Below are positions 36,082 to 42,025 of a stretch of DNA of 64,000 bases, in pieces. This stretch comes from a virus. Location of the stretch: positions 1 to 64,000 of the IMG/VR virus record IMGVR_UViG_3300037851_000192, one strand, 5' to 3'. Made by a program: the position numbers and the translations under genes. Numbering within the stretch: position 1 is the stretch's first letter; each line of letters opens with the position of its first letter. The notes under the pieces were generated by a model. The model searched no databases. It was given only the letters and a program-made list of their open reading frames with translations, and was not told the origin of the DNA.

Positions 36082-36468
36082 ATGAAGACGCCGACCGAAC
36101 TCCTTGCCCCCTACGCCGCCTTGACCCCGTGCGACCCGACCGAGGGCCCGACGTTCCGCGCCATCGCGCGCAAGCTCTCGAAGGGCGCCCGGCGCTTCGT
36201 CGGCGCCGTCTACTCCGCGCCCGTGACGCTCACGCGCAACCCCGAGCTTTGCCGATGCTTCCGCGAGCTTTCCGAGGCCGACCGCGCGCGCATGCTCGTT
36301 TGGCGGACCTCGAACACGCGAGGGCAGACCGTGATCAAGGCGGAGCACGAGGACGCGCTTCGCGAGTGCATTCGCGCCGGGCTCCTCGAGGTTGCCAAGC
36401 TCGGGGAAGGCGTGGGCGTCGCTCGCGCGACCGACCTCGGCCGCCGCGTCTACCTTCACGTCTACTAG
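36082..36468 (+). CDS. hypothetical protein (MKT...)
   Basis: ATG 36082 in ORF 35848..36468. The upstream part of that ORF covers repeats and is rejected. Confidence 0.55.
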   Translation: MKTPTELLAPYAALTPCDPTEGPTFRAIARKLSKGARRFVGAVYSAPVTLTRNPELCRCFRELSEADRARMLVWRTSNTRGQTVIKAEHEDALRECIRAGLLEVAKLGEGVGVARATDLGRRVYLHVY

Positions 36469-36484
36469 GCCGACGGCCGCCCGG

Positions 36485-36506
36485 CTGGCATGCCGCGTGC
36501 TATAAG
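36485..36506 (+). promoter_or_regulatory. bipartite promoter-like cassette copy P4
   Basis: CTGGCATGCCGCGTGCTATAAG + 8 nt + ATG 36515. Confidence 0.5.
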
Positions 36507-36514
36507 AGGGAAGC

Positions 36515-36697
36515 ATGAAGACGCCGAAGCCGAGCAAGTGGAACCGGGCGATCGTGGTCTCGGTTCCCGGGCACAACGAAGACGATCCCGCAACCTACCA
36601 CGTGATCTCGCGCGACCGCGCCGAGCGTTACGCGCTCGACACGCAGACCTTCGCGACGGCGAAGGAAGCGGCCCGCGCGCTCCGGGGGGCAGCATGA
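36515..36697 (+). CDS. hypothetical protein (MKT...)
   Basis: ORF 36515..36697. Confidence 0.5.
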   Translation: MKTPKPSKWNRAIVVSVPGHNEDDPATYHVISRDRAERYALDTQTFATAKEAARALRGAA

Positions 36698-36900
36698 AGC
36701 CGAGGACGACGACGGCTAAGGGCGGGACGATCTACCGGCCGTGCCCGTGCGGCGAGACCGCGCACGATCTCATGGTCTGCCCGGCCGCGCTCGTGCCCGA
36801 GGCTCCGGCCGTGGCCGTGAACGAGTGGGGCAACGTGTGGATCTACAAGTGTCGAAATTGCCGAGCGCGGATCTACCGCACGACGCGGGGGGCAGCATGA
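36694..36900 (+). CDS. hypothetical Cys-rich small protein
   Basis: ATGA overlap start 36694; CPCGE...CP...CRNC. Confidence 0.5.
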   Translation: MKPRTTTAKGGTIYRPCPCGETAHDLMVCPAALVPEAPAVAVNEWGNVWIYKCRNCRARIYRTTRGAA

Positions 36901-37226
36901 CCGGCCGCCCGGTCTCGAGGGCTTCCGCGCGCGCGCTCGTGCGCGCCGGCGTCGAGGTCCGGTTCGGCCGACGCGGGCTCGAGGCGCCGGCGTGGGCCGC
37001 GATCGTCGCCTCCGCCTACTCCGATCCCCTTGCCGCGGTCGAGCCTTTGCGCGGGCTGCTAGCACTCCGCCACGGGCCCGAGCTTGCGGCCGCGGCGTTC
37101 GGGCTCCGGGCCCCGATCCCGGGGGCGGCCGCGCGCGTCTTCGCGCTGCTCGGTCCGGCCGCGCGGGTTGCCGTCGAGCCCGGCCGCGGCGACCAACCGA
37201 CGCGGCTTGCCTACACGGACGCATGA
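36897..37226 (+). CDS. hypothetical protein
   Basis: ATGA overlap start 36897; 3' end runs into repeat block R2. Confidence 0.45.
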   Translation: MTGRPVSRASARALVRAGVEVRFGRRGLEAPAWAAIVASAYSDPLAAVEPLRGLLALRHGPELAAAAFGLRAPIPGAAARVFALLGPAARVAVEPGRGDQPTRLAYTDA

Positions 37227-37355
37227 CAGCCGTGTCATACTGAACTCGGCAAAAGTGAATCAAGCGCGCGGAACCGTTGAAGAAACGAGCTATGACATTC
37301 GTGTCATAGAAGTGAAAGGTTTGCGTAGCAGCGGATCCGCGCACTTAGCGGATCG
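37210..37355. repeat. 146-bp repeat block R2 with two ATGACA-N4-TGTCAT palindromes
   Basis: Palindromes at 37221-37240 and 37290-37309; CACTTAGC at 37342-37349. Confidence 0.85.
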
Positions 37356-37433
37356 CCGCCCGGCCGGCGGGCTCGAGGGCTCCGGCCGTTGGCGGCGCGA
37401 ACGAAACTACGCGGGCTTGCGCTCCGCGACCGT

Positions 37434-37455
37434 TTGGCATGGCGCGTGCTATAAC
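37434..37455 (+). promoter_or_regulatory. bipartite promoter-like cassette copy P5
   Basis: TTGGCATGGCGCGTGCTATAAC + 7 nt + ATG 37463. Confidence 0.5.
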
Positions 37456-37462
37456 TCCAACC

Positions 37463-37750
37463 ATGAAGACGACGACGATCACGAAGGAGCAGGGCAAGCG
37501 GTTGGCGGCGGCTTGGGAGATCGTGAACCCCGCGGTTCCGGGCTACCAGGATTGGAAATCCCCGATCGCTTGGGGGATCTCGACGCGGCACTTGGACGAG
37601 CACTTGGCGGGGCGCGCGGGCGTCACGCTCGAAGACGTCCTAGACGCGATCGAGTTCTACACGGCGACCGCGGCGACCGTGACCGAGATCGGCGACATGA
37701 CTTGGATCAAGGCTCCCGGCTACCGCAACGGCCCCGCGGGCGACCACTGA
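37463..37750 (+). CDS. hypothetical protein (MKT...)
   Basis: ATG 37463 in ORF 37439..37750. Confidence 0.55.
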   Translation: MKTTTITKEQGKRLAAAWEIVNPAVPGYQDWKSPIAWGISTRHLDEHLAGRAGVTLEDVLDAIEFYTATAATVTEIGDMTWIKAPGYRNGPAGDH

Positions 37751-37761
37751 CCGACGGGGCT

Positions 37762-37790
37762 CGAGGAGCCCGGAGCGGCCGGGCTCCTCG
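37762..37790 (+). terminator. 12-bp-stem hairpin abutting cassette P6
   Basis: CGAGGAGCCCGG-agcgg-CCGGGCTCCTCG; no U-tract; ends 1 nt before TTGGCAT. Confidence 0.4.
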
Positions 37791-37791
37791 G

Positions 37792-37813
37792 TTGGCATGG
37801 TGCGTGCTATACT
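37792..37813 (+). promoter_or_regulatory. bipartite promoter-like cassette copy P6
   Basis: TTGGCATGGTGCGTGCTATACT + 8 nt + ATG 37822. Confidence 0.5.
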
Positions 37814-37821
37814 TCGAGGGC

Positions 37822-38100
37822 ATGACGAGCGAAAGGACGGACAGCATGAAGACGACGCGGACCGGAGCCCGGACCCTGTTTACCCTCTACTGCGCGCGCA
37901 CGGGCGAGAGTAGCGCGATCTGCGTGTGCCACGCGCACGCCAAGGAAATGCCGGCGGTCGATGGGGATCGCGTCCGCGCGGACGCGGCGGACGACGACTG
38001 CTCGTGCGACTTCTGCGAAGCGGCCGCGACCTTCGAGGCGCGGGCGGCCGCGAAGGCGGAGCGCGTGTGGTCGGCCGCTTGCCATGCTTGGGTCCGTTGA
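37822..38100 (+). CDS. hypothetical Cys-rich protein
   Basis: ATG 37822 (MTSERTDSMKTT...) in ORF 37084..38100; CVCHAH...CSCDFC. Confidence 0.5.
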   Translation: MTSERTDSMKTTRTGARTLFTLYCARTGESSAICVCHAHAKEMPAVDGDRVRADAADDDCSCDFCEAAATFEARAAAKAERVWSAACHAWVR

Positions 38101-38111
38101 CCCGACGGGCT

Positions 38112-38140
38112 CGAGGAGCCCGGCTGCTCCGGGCTCCTCG
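38112..38140 (+). terminator. 12-bp-stem hairpin abutting cassette P7
   Basis: CGAGGAGCCCGG-ctgct-CCGGGCTCCTCG; same arms as 37762-37790 with a different loop. Confidence 0.4.
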
Positions 38141-38141
38141 G

Positions 38142-38163
38142 TTGGCATGGCGTGTGCTATAAC
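38142..38163 (+). promoter_or_regulatory. bipartite promoter-like cassette copy P7 (no ORF; ATG position reads ATC)
   Basis: TTGGCATGGCGTGTGCTATAAC + 7 nt + ATC 38171. Confidence 0.5.
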
Positions 38164-38172
38164 TTCAAGCAT

Positions 38173-38259
38173 CGCAGGCACCGACGAAAAGCCCCCGGGC
38201 GGGGGGCCCGCAAGGGCGATCGGTGGCTCGGCCGGGTTCGACTCCCGGGCTTGCGACCA
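38173..38259 (+). ncRNA. tRNA-like RNA element (acceptor stem + T-arm + encoded CCA; no canonical D or anticodon arm)
   Basis: 7-bp acceptor stem 38173-38179/38249-38255 (one G-U). T-arm CCGGG-TTCGACT-CCCGG at 38232-38248. A-CCA at 38256-38259. Internal GC hairpins at 38192-38205 and 38206-38217 (GCAA loop). Confidence 0.5.
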
Positions 38260-38312
38260 GACGAACGAAGGATCACGGGCTCGACGCCCAAGACGGGATC
38301 CGAGGTGAGACC

Positions 38313-38729
38313 ATGGCAGACGAAGCGCGAGAGATCGACACGAGCACCGACCGCGATTGGCTCCGGCCGTCGGATTGGTTTCGGGACGTCCGAACGCGGG
38401 CGGGGTTGACGCAGCAGGAATTTGCGGCGGCGAACGTGGTCGCCCAATCGGTCGTGACCGTTTGGGAGCGGCCGAGCGATGCGACGCCGCGGCCCGAGAC
38501 GCTCGCACGCGTGGCGGCGGTGCTCGGCGTCGAGCCCCCGATCATGCTTTGCCGCGCCGGGGGCGTCATGATCCGGCGGGCGCAACGCGAGCCGGAGATC
38601 GACCGCGAGAAGCTCGCGGCGAGCAACCCGAAGGTGGCGAAGCGGTTCCGGCGCGGACCGCTCGCGGAACGGAGGAACGCGCCAAGGGAGGACCATGCGC
38701 CCGAGGAAGAAGGCGACGCGGTGGCATGA
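38313..38729 (+). CDS. XRE-like helix-turn-helix protein
   Basis: ATG 38313 (GAGGTGAG upstream); RTRAGLTQQEFAAANVVAQSVVTVWERP. Confidence 0.6.
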   Translation: MADEAREIDTSTDRDWLRPSDWFRDVRTRAGLTQQEFAAANVVAQSVVTVWERPSDATPRPETLARVAAVLGVEPPIMLCRAGGVMIRRAQREPEIDREKLAASNPKVAKRFRRGPLAERRNAPREDHAPEEEGDAVA

Positions 38730-39207
38730 GCACGAATGGATCGCGGAGCGCGCGCTTGCGCTTGCGCGCTTGTGCGGCGTGCGCGGGTTGAAGCTCGGCA
38801 GCGGTGCGACGCCGCTCCCGGCGTGGGCTCGAGTCGTGGCGGACTTCGCGCCGAGCAGGAAGAAGGGCGGCAACGCGGCGCTTGTGCGCGCAGCCAAGAG
38901 GCTCGCCGGCTCGCTCGAGGAACAAGCCGCGCTCGACGCGACCGCACGGATCGGAGATCGTGGCGCGATCCGCGCCTACTTGGGGAAGCTCGCGAAGCCC
39001 GTCGGCCCGACGTTGACCGACGAGCAGCGCGCGGTCCGGAAGGCCTCGAAGCGCGAGGCGTTGATCGTGAAGCGCGCGCGGCACGCCCGCACGAAGCTCC
39101 GCGAGGCCGAGCGGAAGCTCGCAACCGCGAAGCGCTTGATCGACAAGTGGGGCGCAAAGGTCCGCTACTATGAGGGGCGAGGAGTTCTCGCCGATGCCAT
39201 TTCCTAG
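38695..39207 (+). CDS. hypothetical protein
   Basis: ORF 38695..39207, GGGAGGA upstream. Confidence 0.5.
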   Translation: MRPRKKATRWHEHEWIAERALALARLCGVRGLKLGSGATPLPAWARVVADFAPSRKKGGNAALVRAAKRLAGSLEEQAALDATARIGDRGAIRAYLGKLAKPVGPTLTDEQRAVRKASKREALIVKRARHARTKLREAERKLATAKRLIDKWGAKVRYYEGRGVLADAIS

Positions 39208-39418
39208 CCCGCGGACAACCCAAAGCATGATGCGATCGATCCTTGAAGGTGGCGACCCTTTGGACCGCGTGCTCGTCGGCTTCGTTGCATCCCCGAACGG
39301 CCCACGATGGACGGCCGAGTTCGGCGGCGAGCGCGCGCGAGGCGAGACGCTCGACCAAGCGCTTCGCGCGCTCGTCGTGAAGGTCCGCCGCGCCCAAGGC
39401 GTGAAGGTTGGAAGGTGA
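39194..39418 (+). CDS. hypothetical small protein
   Basis: ATG 39194 (GAGGAG upstream) in ORF 39170..39418; start uncertain. Confidence 0.4.
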   Translation: MPFPSPRTTQSMMRSILEGGDPLDRVLVGFVASPNGPRWTAEFGGERARGETLDQALRALVVKVRRAQGVKVGR

Positions 39419-39422
39419 GACC

Positions 39423-39773
39423 ATGAGCGAACGGGCTATGATCTTCGTGTTCCCTCCGCGCGGGGGCGCGCGGGAAACCTGGCGGGATTGGCTCGGCTGG
39501 CGTGCCGTGATCCTTTCGTCAACGTCGAGCGTGACGTTCGAGGACGAGAACGCCGGCGGCTCGCACGACGCGGCCGAGGCCGGCTTTGATCCGCCGTTCG
39601 ATCCGGGGCTTTGGGTTTGGCGCGGCGAGATCCGCTACCCCGATCCCGACCTCGAGGAAGACACCGGCCCCGCGTTCGTGGGCGAGTGGCGGAGGCCGAC
39701 GACCGACGAGCTTGTGGAGCTTGCGGGCCCCGTCGGGCGTGCGCCGTCAATCCGGCCGGCGGGGGCGCCATGA
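39423..39773 (+). CDS. hypothetical protein
   Basis: ATG 39423 preceded by GGTGAGACC, the same initiation context as 38313. Confidence 0.45.
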   Translation: MSERAMIFVFPPRGGARETWRDWLGWRAVILSSTSSVTFEDENAGGSHDAAEAGFDPPFDPGLWVWRGEIRYPDPDLEEDTGPAFVGEWRRPTTDELVELAGPVGRAPSIRPAGAP

Positions 39774-40207
39774 GCCGCGAAGCGAAGAAGCGCCGCGGCC
39801 GTGCGCGTCGACTCCTCGAGGCGATCGGGCTCGGCGCGCGACCGCTCTTGCGCGTCTTCGATCGTTGGGATGAAGAAGCGATCAGGCTTGGCGAGGCCGC
39901 GCTACGTTGCGGCCCGGCGGCCGATGTTCCCGGCGCGCTCGACGCCGTGCGCCGGCTTCGCCCGCGCGACAAGTTCGGGGAGTTCCGCTATTGGTTCAAG
40001 CCTCGCGGCGAGCAAACGATCCGGCTCCTCGACGAAGCCGCGACCGTTGTGCACGAGCACCGGATCGAAGGCGTGACGCACGACGAGCGCGTGAAGTCGT
40101 GGATCCGCGAGGGCAGGGCGCCGCACTTCTCGGTCGGTTCGCGCGTGGTATCCTCGCCGCATGAACCCGCCAACCCCTGTCCAGCACACGGCGCCGGTTC
40201 CGAATGA
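39770..40207 (+). CDS. hypothetical protein
   Basis: ATGA overlap start 39770 in ORF 39611..40207. Confidence 0.45.
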   Translation: MSREAKKRRGRARRLLEAIGLGARPLLRVFDRWDEEAIRLGEAALRCGPAADVPGALDAVRRLRPRDKFGEFRYWFKPRGEQTIRLLDEAATVVHEHRIEGVTHDERVKSWIREGRAPHFSVGSRVVSSPHEPANPCPAHGAGSE

Positions 40208-40532
40208 CGTCGCGTGGTATCTGATAGCGGGCGCGATCGTGCTCGGCGCGGCGCTCGTGACCGTCGGCTTGTCGAAGAACGCGGCGCGATGGGAGGCGGA
40301 GCTTAGGTTGCCCGCGTGGTTTAGCGTCGCGGGCGAGGTTGTCGCGATCGTGATCGCAACGGCCGGCGGGGCGGCCGCGGGCTTCTGGACGTGGCATTGG
40401 GGGCTCGGCCTCTTGTCCGGTCTCGTCGGCTCGCTCTCGGCGTCGATCGTCGTGCGGTTCGTGGCCGCGTGGATCGAGCGAAGGCGGGGCGAGAACGACG
40501 ACGAGATCAAGAAGGCGGATCGACCGGGATAG
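40161..40532 (+). CDS. integral membrane protein (about 3 TM segments)
   Basis: WYLIAGAIVLGAALVTVGL, VAGEVVAIVIATAGGAAAGFW, LGLLSGLVGSLSASIVVRFV. Confidence 0.5.
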   Translation: MNPPTPVQHTAPVPNDVAWYLIAGAIVLGAALVTVGLSKNAARWEAELRLPAWFSVAGEVVAIVIATAGGAAAGFWTWHWGLGLLSGLVGSLSASIVVRFVAAWIERRRGENDDEIKKADRPG

Positions 40533-41826
40533 CTCCGGCGCGGCGCTCCGCCTTGCGGCCCGTGAGTTCTTCCCAACGGCGGACCGAGACGTCGCACCAC
40601 TTGGGTTCGACGTCGATCCCGATGCACCGGCGGCCGGTCTTCTCGCACGCGATCACGGTTGTCCCCGAGCCGAGGAACGGATCGAAGACAAGCTCGCCGG
40701 CGTCGCTCGAGTTCTCGATCAATTCGGCGAACAAGACGACCGGCTTCGCCGCGTTGTGCTTGCGCTCGTGCCCGCTCACGCGCGGATAGCGGACGAGGTT
40801 TAGCTTGTGGACCTGCCGTTGCCCTACGCGCGACGAGCGCTTCATGATCCGCTCCTTCGGAAGCGCCGCGAAGAACGCCACAAACTCGTGCGTGTTAGCG
40901 TAGGACGAGCCGAGCCCGCACGATAGCTTGTCCCAAACGATGCAGTTCTTAGGCGTGAGCCCGCCGCGTCGCGCGCCATCCCAAAGCGCGGCGTAGCTCC
41001 GCCAATCGCAGCACACGTAAACGTGTGCGAACATGCGAACGTGTTCGCCGCAAATGCGCGCGAGCTTCTCGAAGAAGGGGCGAACCATCTTGTCGTCTGC
41101 AATATCGGCAGCGATCCCCGTGCTCGACCCGTAGATCGCGAACGGCGGATCGGTCAGAACGAGATCGACTAGCGCGTCCTCGAGGAGCGCGCGGCGCTGC
41201 TCCTCGTGAAAGGTGTCGACGCACGCGATCTTGTGATCTCCGAGGATCCAAAGGTCGCCCGGCTTCGTGATCGGATCGGCTAGCGAAACGAACCGCTCGG
41301 GCTCCTCGTCTTCGTCGGTTGCCTCGGGCGGCGCCTCGTCCGTCGTGATCTCGAGTTCGCCGGCGCTCGTCGCGGCCGCGATCAAGGAGTCGATCTCGCC
41401 GCTCTCGAAGCCGAAGTCCACGGGAAGGATCTCGCCTTCCGCCGCAAGGTCCGCGAGCACGCGGCCGAGGTCGGCGTCGCTCCGCCACGTTCCGCGCTTT
41501 TGGTCTAGTTTGATCGTGAGCGCCTTGGCTTCGCGCTCGGTCAAGCCGTGCAAGAGCACCATGGGCCCTTCGTGAAGGCCGACGTCGCGCGCGGCGATCC
41601 ATCGGTGCTCGCCGTCAATGATGAGGTTGCGAGGCGTGGCGATCTCGTCGGTCGCCCATACGAGAAGCGCTTGTGATACGAGCCAACCGTCCTCGCGGAA
41701 GCCGTGGCGGATCGACGCCATGACGTGTTCGGGGACGTGGTTTGGGTTCCAGCTATTCGGCCGCACTTGGTCGAGCGGAAGGATCTCGACCTTGCCGCGC
41801 AGCCTGGCGGCGTTCTGCTCGTGCAC
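40507..41826 (-). CDS. ParB-like domain fused to DNA (N6-adenine/N4-cytosine) methyltransferase
   Basis: GTG 41826 with GAGG 8 nt upstream; ILPLDQVRPNSWNPN...IIDGEHRWIAA (ParB); LTDPPF (motif IV); FDPFLGSGTT (motif I). Confidence 0.75.
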   Translation of the reverse strand: MHEQNAARLRGKVEILPLDQVRPNSWNPNHVPEHVMASIRHGFREDGWLVSQALLVWATDEIATPRNLIIDGEHRWIAARDVGLHEGPMVLLHGLTEREAKALTIKLDQKRGTWRSDADLGRVLADLAAEGEILPVDFGFESGEIDSLIAAATSAGELEITTDEAPPEATDEDEEPERFVSLADPITKPGDLWILGDHKIACVDTFHEEQRRALLEDALVDLVLTDPPFAIYGSSTGIAADIADDKMVRPFFEKLARICGEHVRMFAHVYVCCDWRSYAALWDGARRGGLTPKNCIVWDKLSCGLGSSYANTHEFVAFFAALPKERIMKRSSRVGQRQVHKLNLVRYPRVSGHERKHNAAKPVVLFAELIENSSDAGELVFDPFLGSGTTVIACEKTGRRCIGIDVEPKWCDVSVRRWEELTGRKAERRAGAIPVDPPS

Positions 41827-41977
41827 GAATGACCTCGCGAAGAAGTTCGACAACGATCGTGTTGCGGGACAGATACCCGCCGCGAACGCGCATCGTGGCG
41901 CGCTTGATCTCGTCCACGTCGGCAAGCAACCGCTTGTCGAGCCGGACGAACAAGACGACGTGTTCGCGCGCCATCAT
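41753..41977 (-). CDS. ribbon-helix-helix protein
   Basis: ATG 41977 in ORF 41753..42148(-); VVLFVRLDKRLLADVDEIKRA...SRNTIVVELLREVI; 3' 74 nt overlap the methyltransferase start. Confidence 0.55.
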   Translation of the reverse strand: MMAREHVVLFVRLDKRLLADVDEIKRATMRVRGGYLSRNTIVVELLREVIRARAERRQAARQGRDPSARPSAAE

Positions 41978-41984
41978 GCCCCGA

Positions 41985-41993
41985 GGTCTACCA
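41985..41993 (-). promoter_or_regulatory. extended -10-like TGGTAGACC, 7 nt before the RHH ATG
   Basis: Reverse strand reads TGGTAGACC-tcggggc-ATG. Confidence 0.3.
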
Positions 41994-41999
41994 CGGAGG

Positions 42000-42016
42000 G
42001 CTAGCACCGTGCTAGC
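42000..42016. promoter_or_regulatory. 17-bp perfect palindrome GCTAGCAC-C-GTGCTAGC (candidate operator)
   Basis: Lies between the divergent RHH and terminase starts; right arm overlaps the TGCTAGCTT -10-like element. Confidence 0.5.
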
Positions 42017-42018
42017 TT
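42010..42018 (+). promoter_or_regulatory. extended -10-like TGCTAGCTT, 7 nt before the terminase GTG
   Basis: TGCTAGCTT-ctcgatc-GTG 42026. Confidence 0.3.
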
Positions 42019-42025
42019 CTCGATC

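Noticed and set aside
36490-36900. 136-aa ORF starting in cassette P4 and running into gene 36694..36900
   Set aside because: The first 68 residues are Arg-rich junk in a frame that overlaps the compositionally normal MKT-start ORF 36515..36697. Two coupled genes explain the region better.
30794-38163. Reiterated 22-bp cassettes as a CRISPR-like array
   Set aside because: The spacing is irregular (about 0.2-1.1 kb). The intervening sequences are protein-coding genes, and the copies occur on both strands.
38173-38259. Calling the element a canonical tRNA gene
   Set aside because: I could not build a D-arm or a 7-nt anticodon loop. Position 8 is not U, and the 52 nt between the acceptor strand and the T-arm fold into tetraloop hairpins. 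It is reported as tRNA-like ncRNA instead.
38220-38259. Interpreting the T-arm/acceptor/CCA segment as an attP core copied from a host tRNA 3' end
   Set aside because: No integrase is visible in the window. A fully complementary 5' acceptor strand lies 70 nt upstream, directly after a promoter cassette, and an att core would not need that. This reading is not fully excluded without host tRNA comparison.
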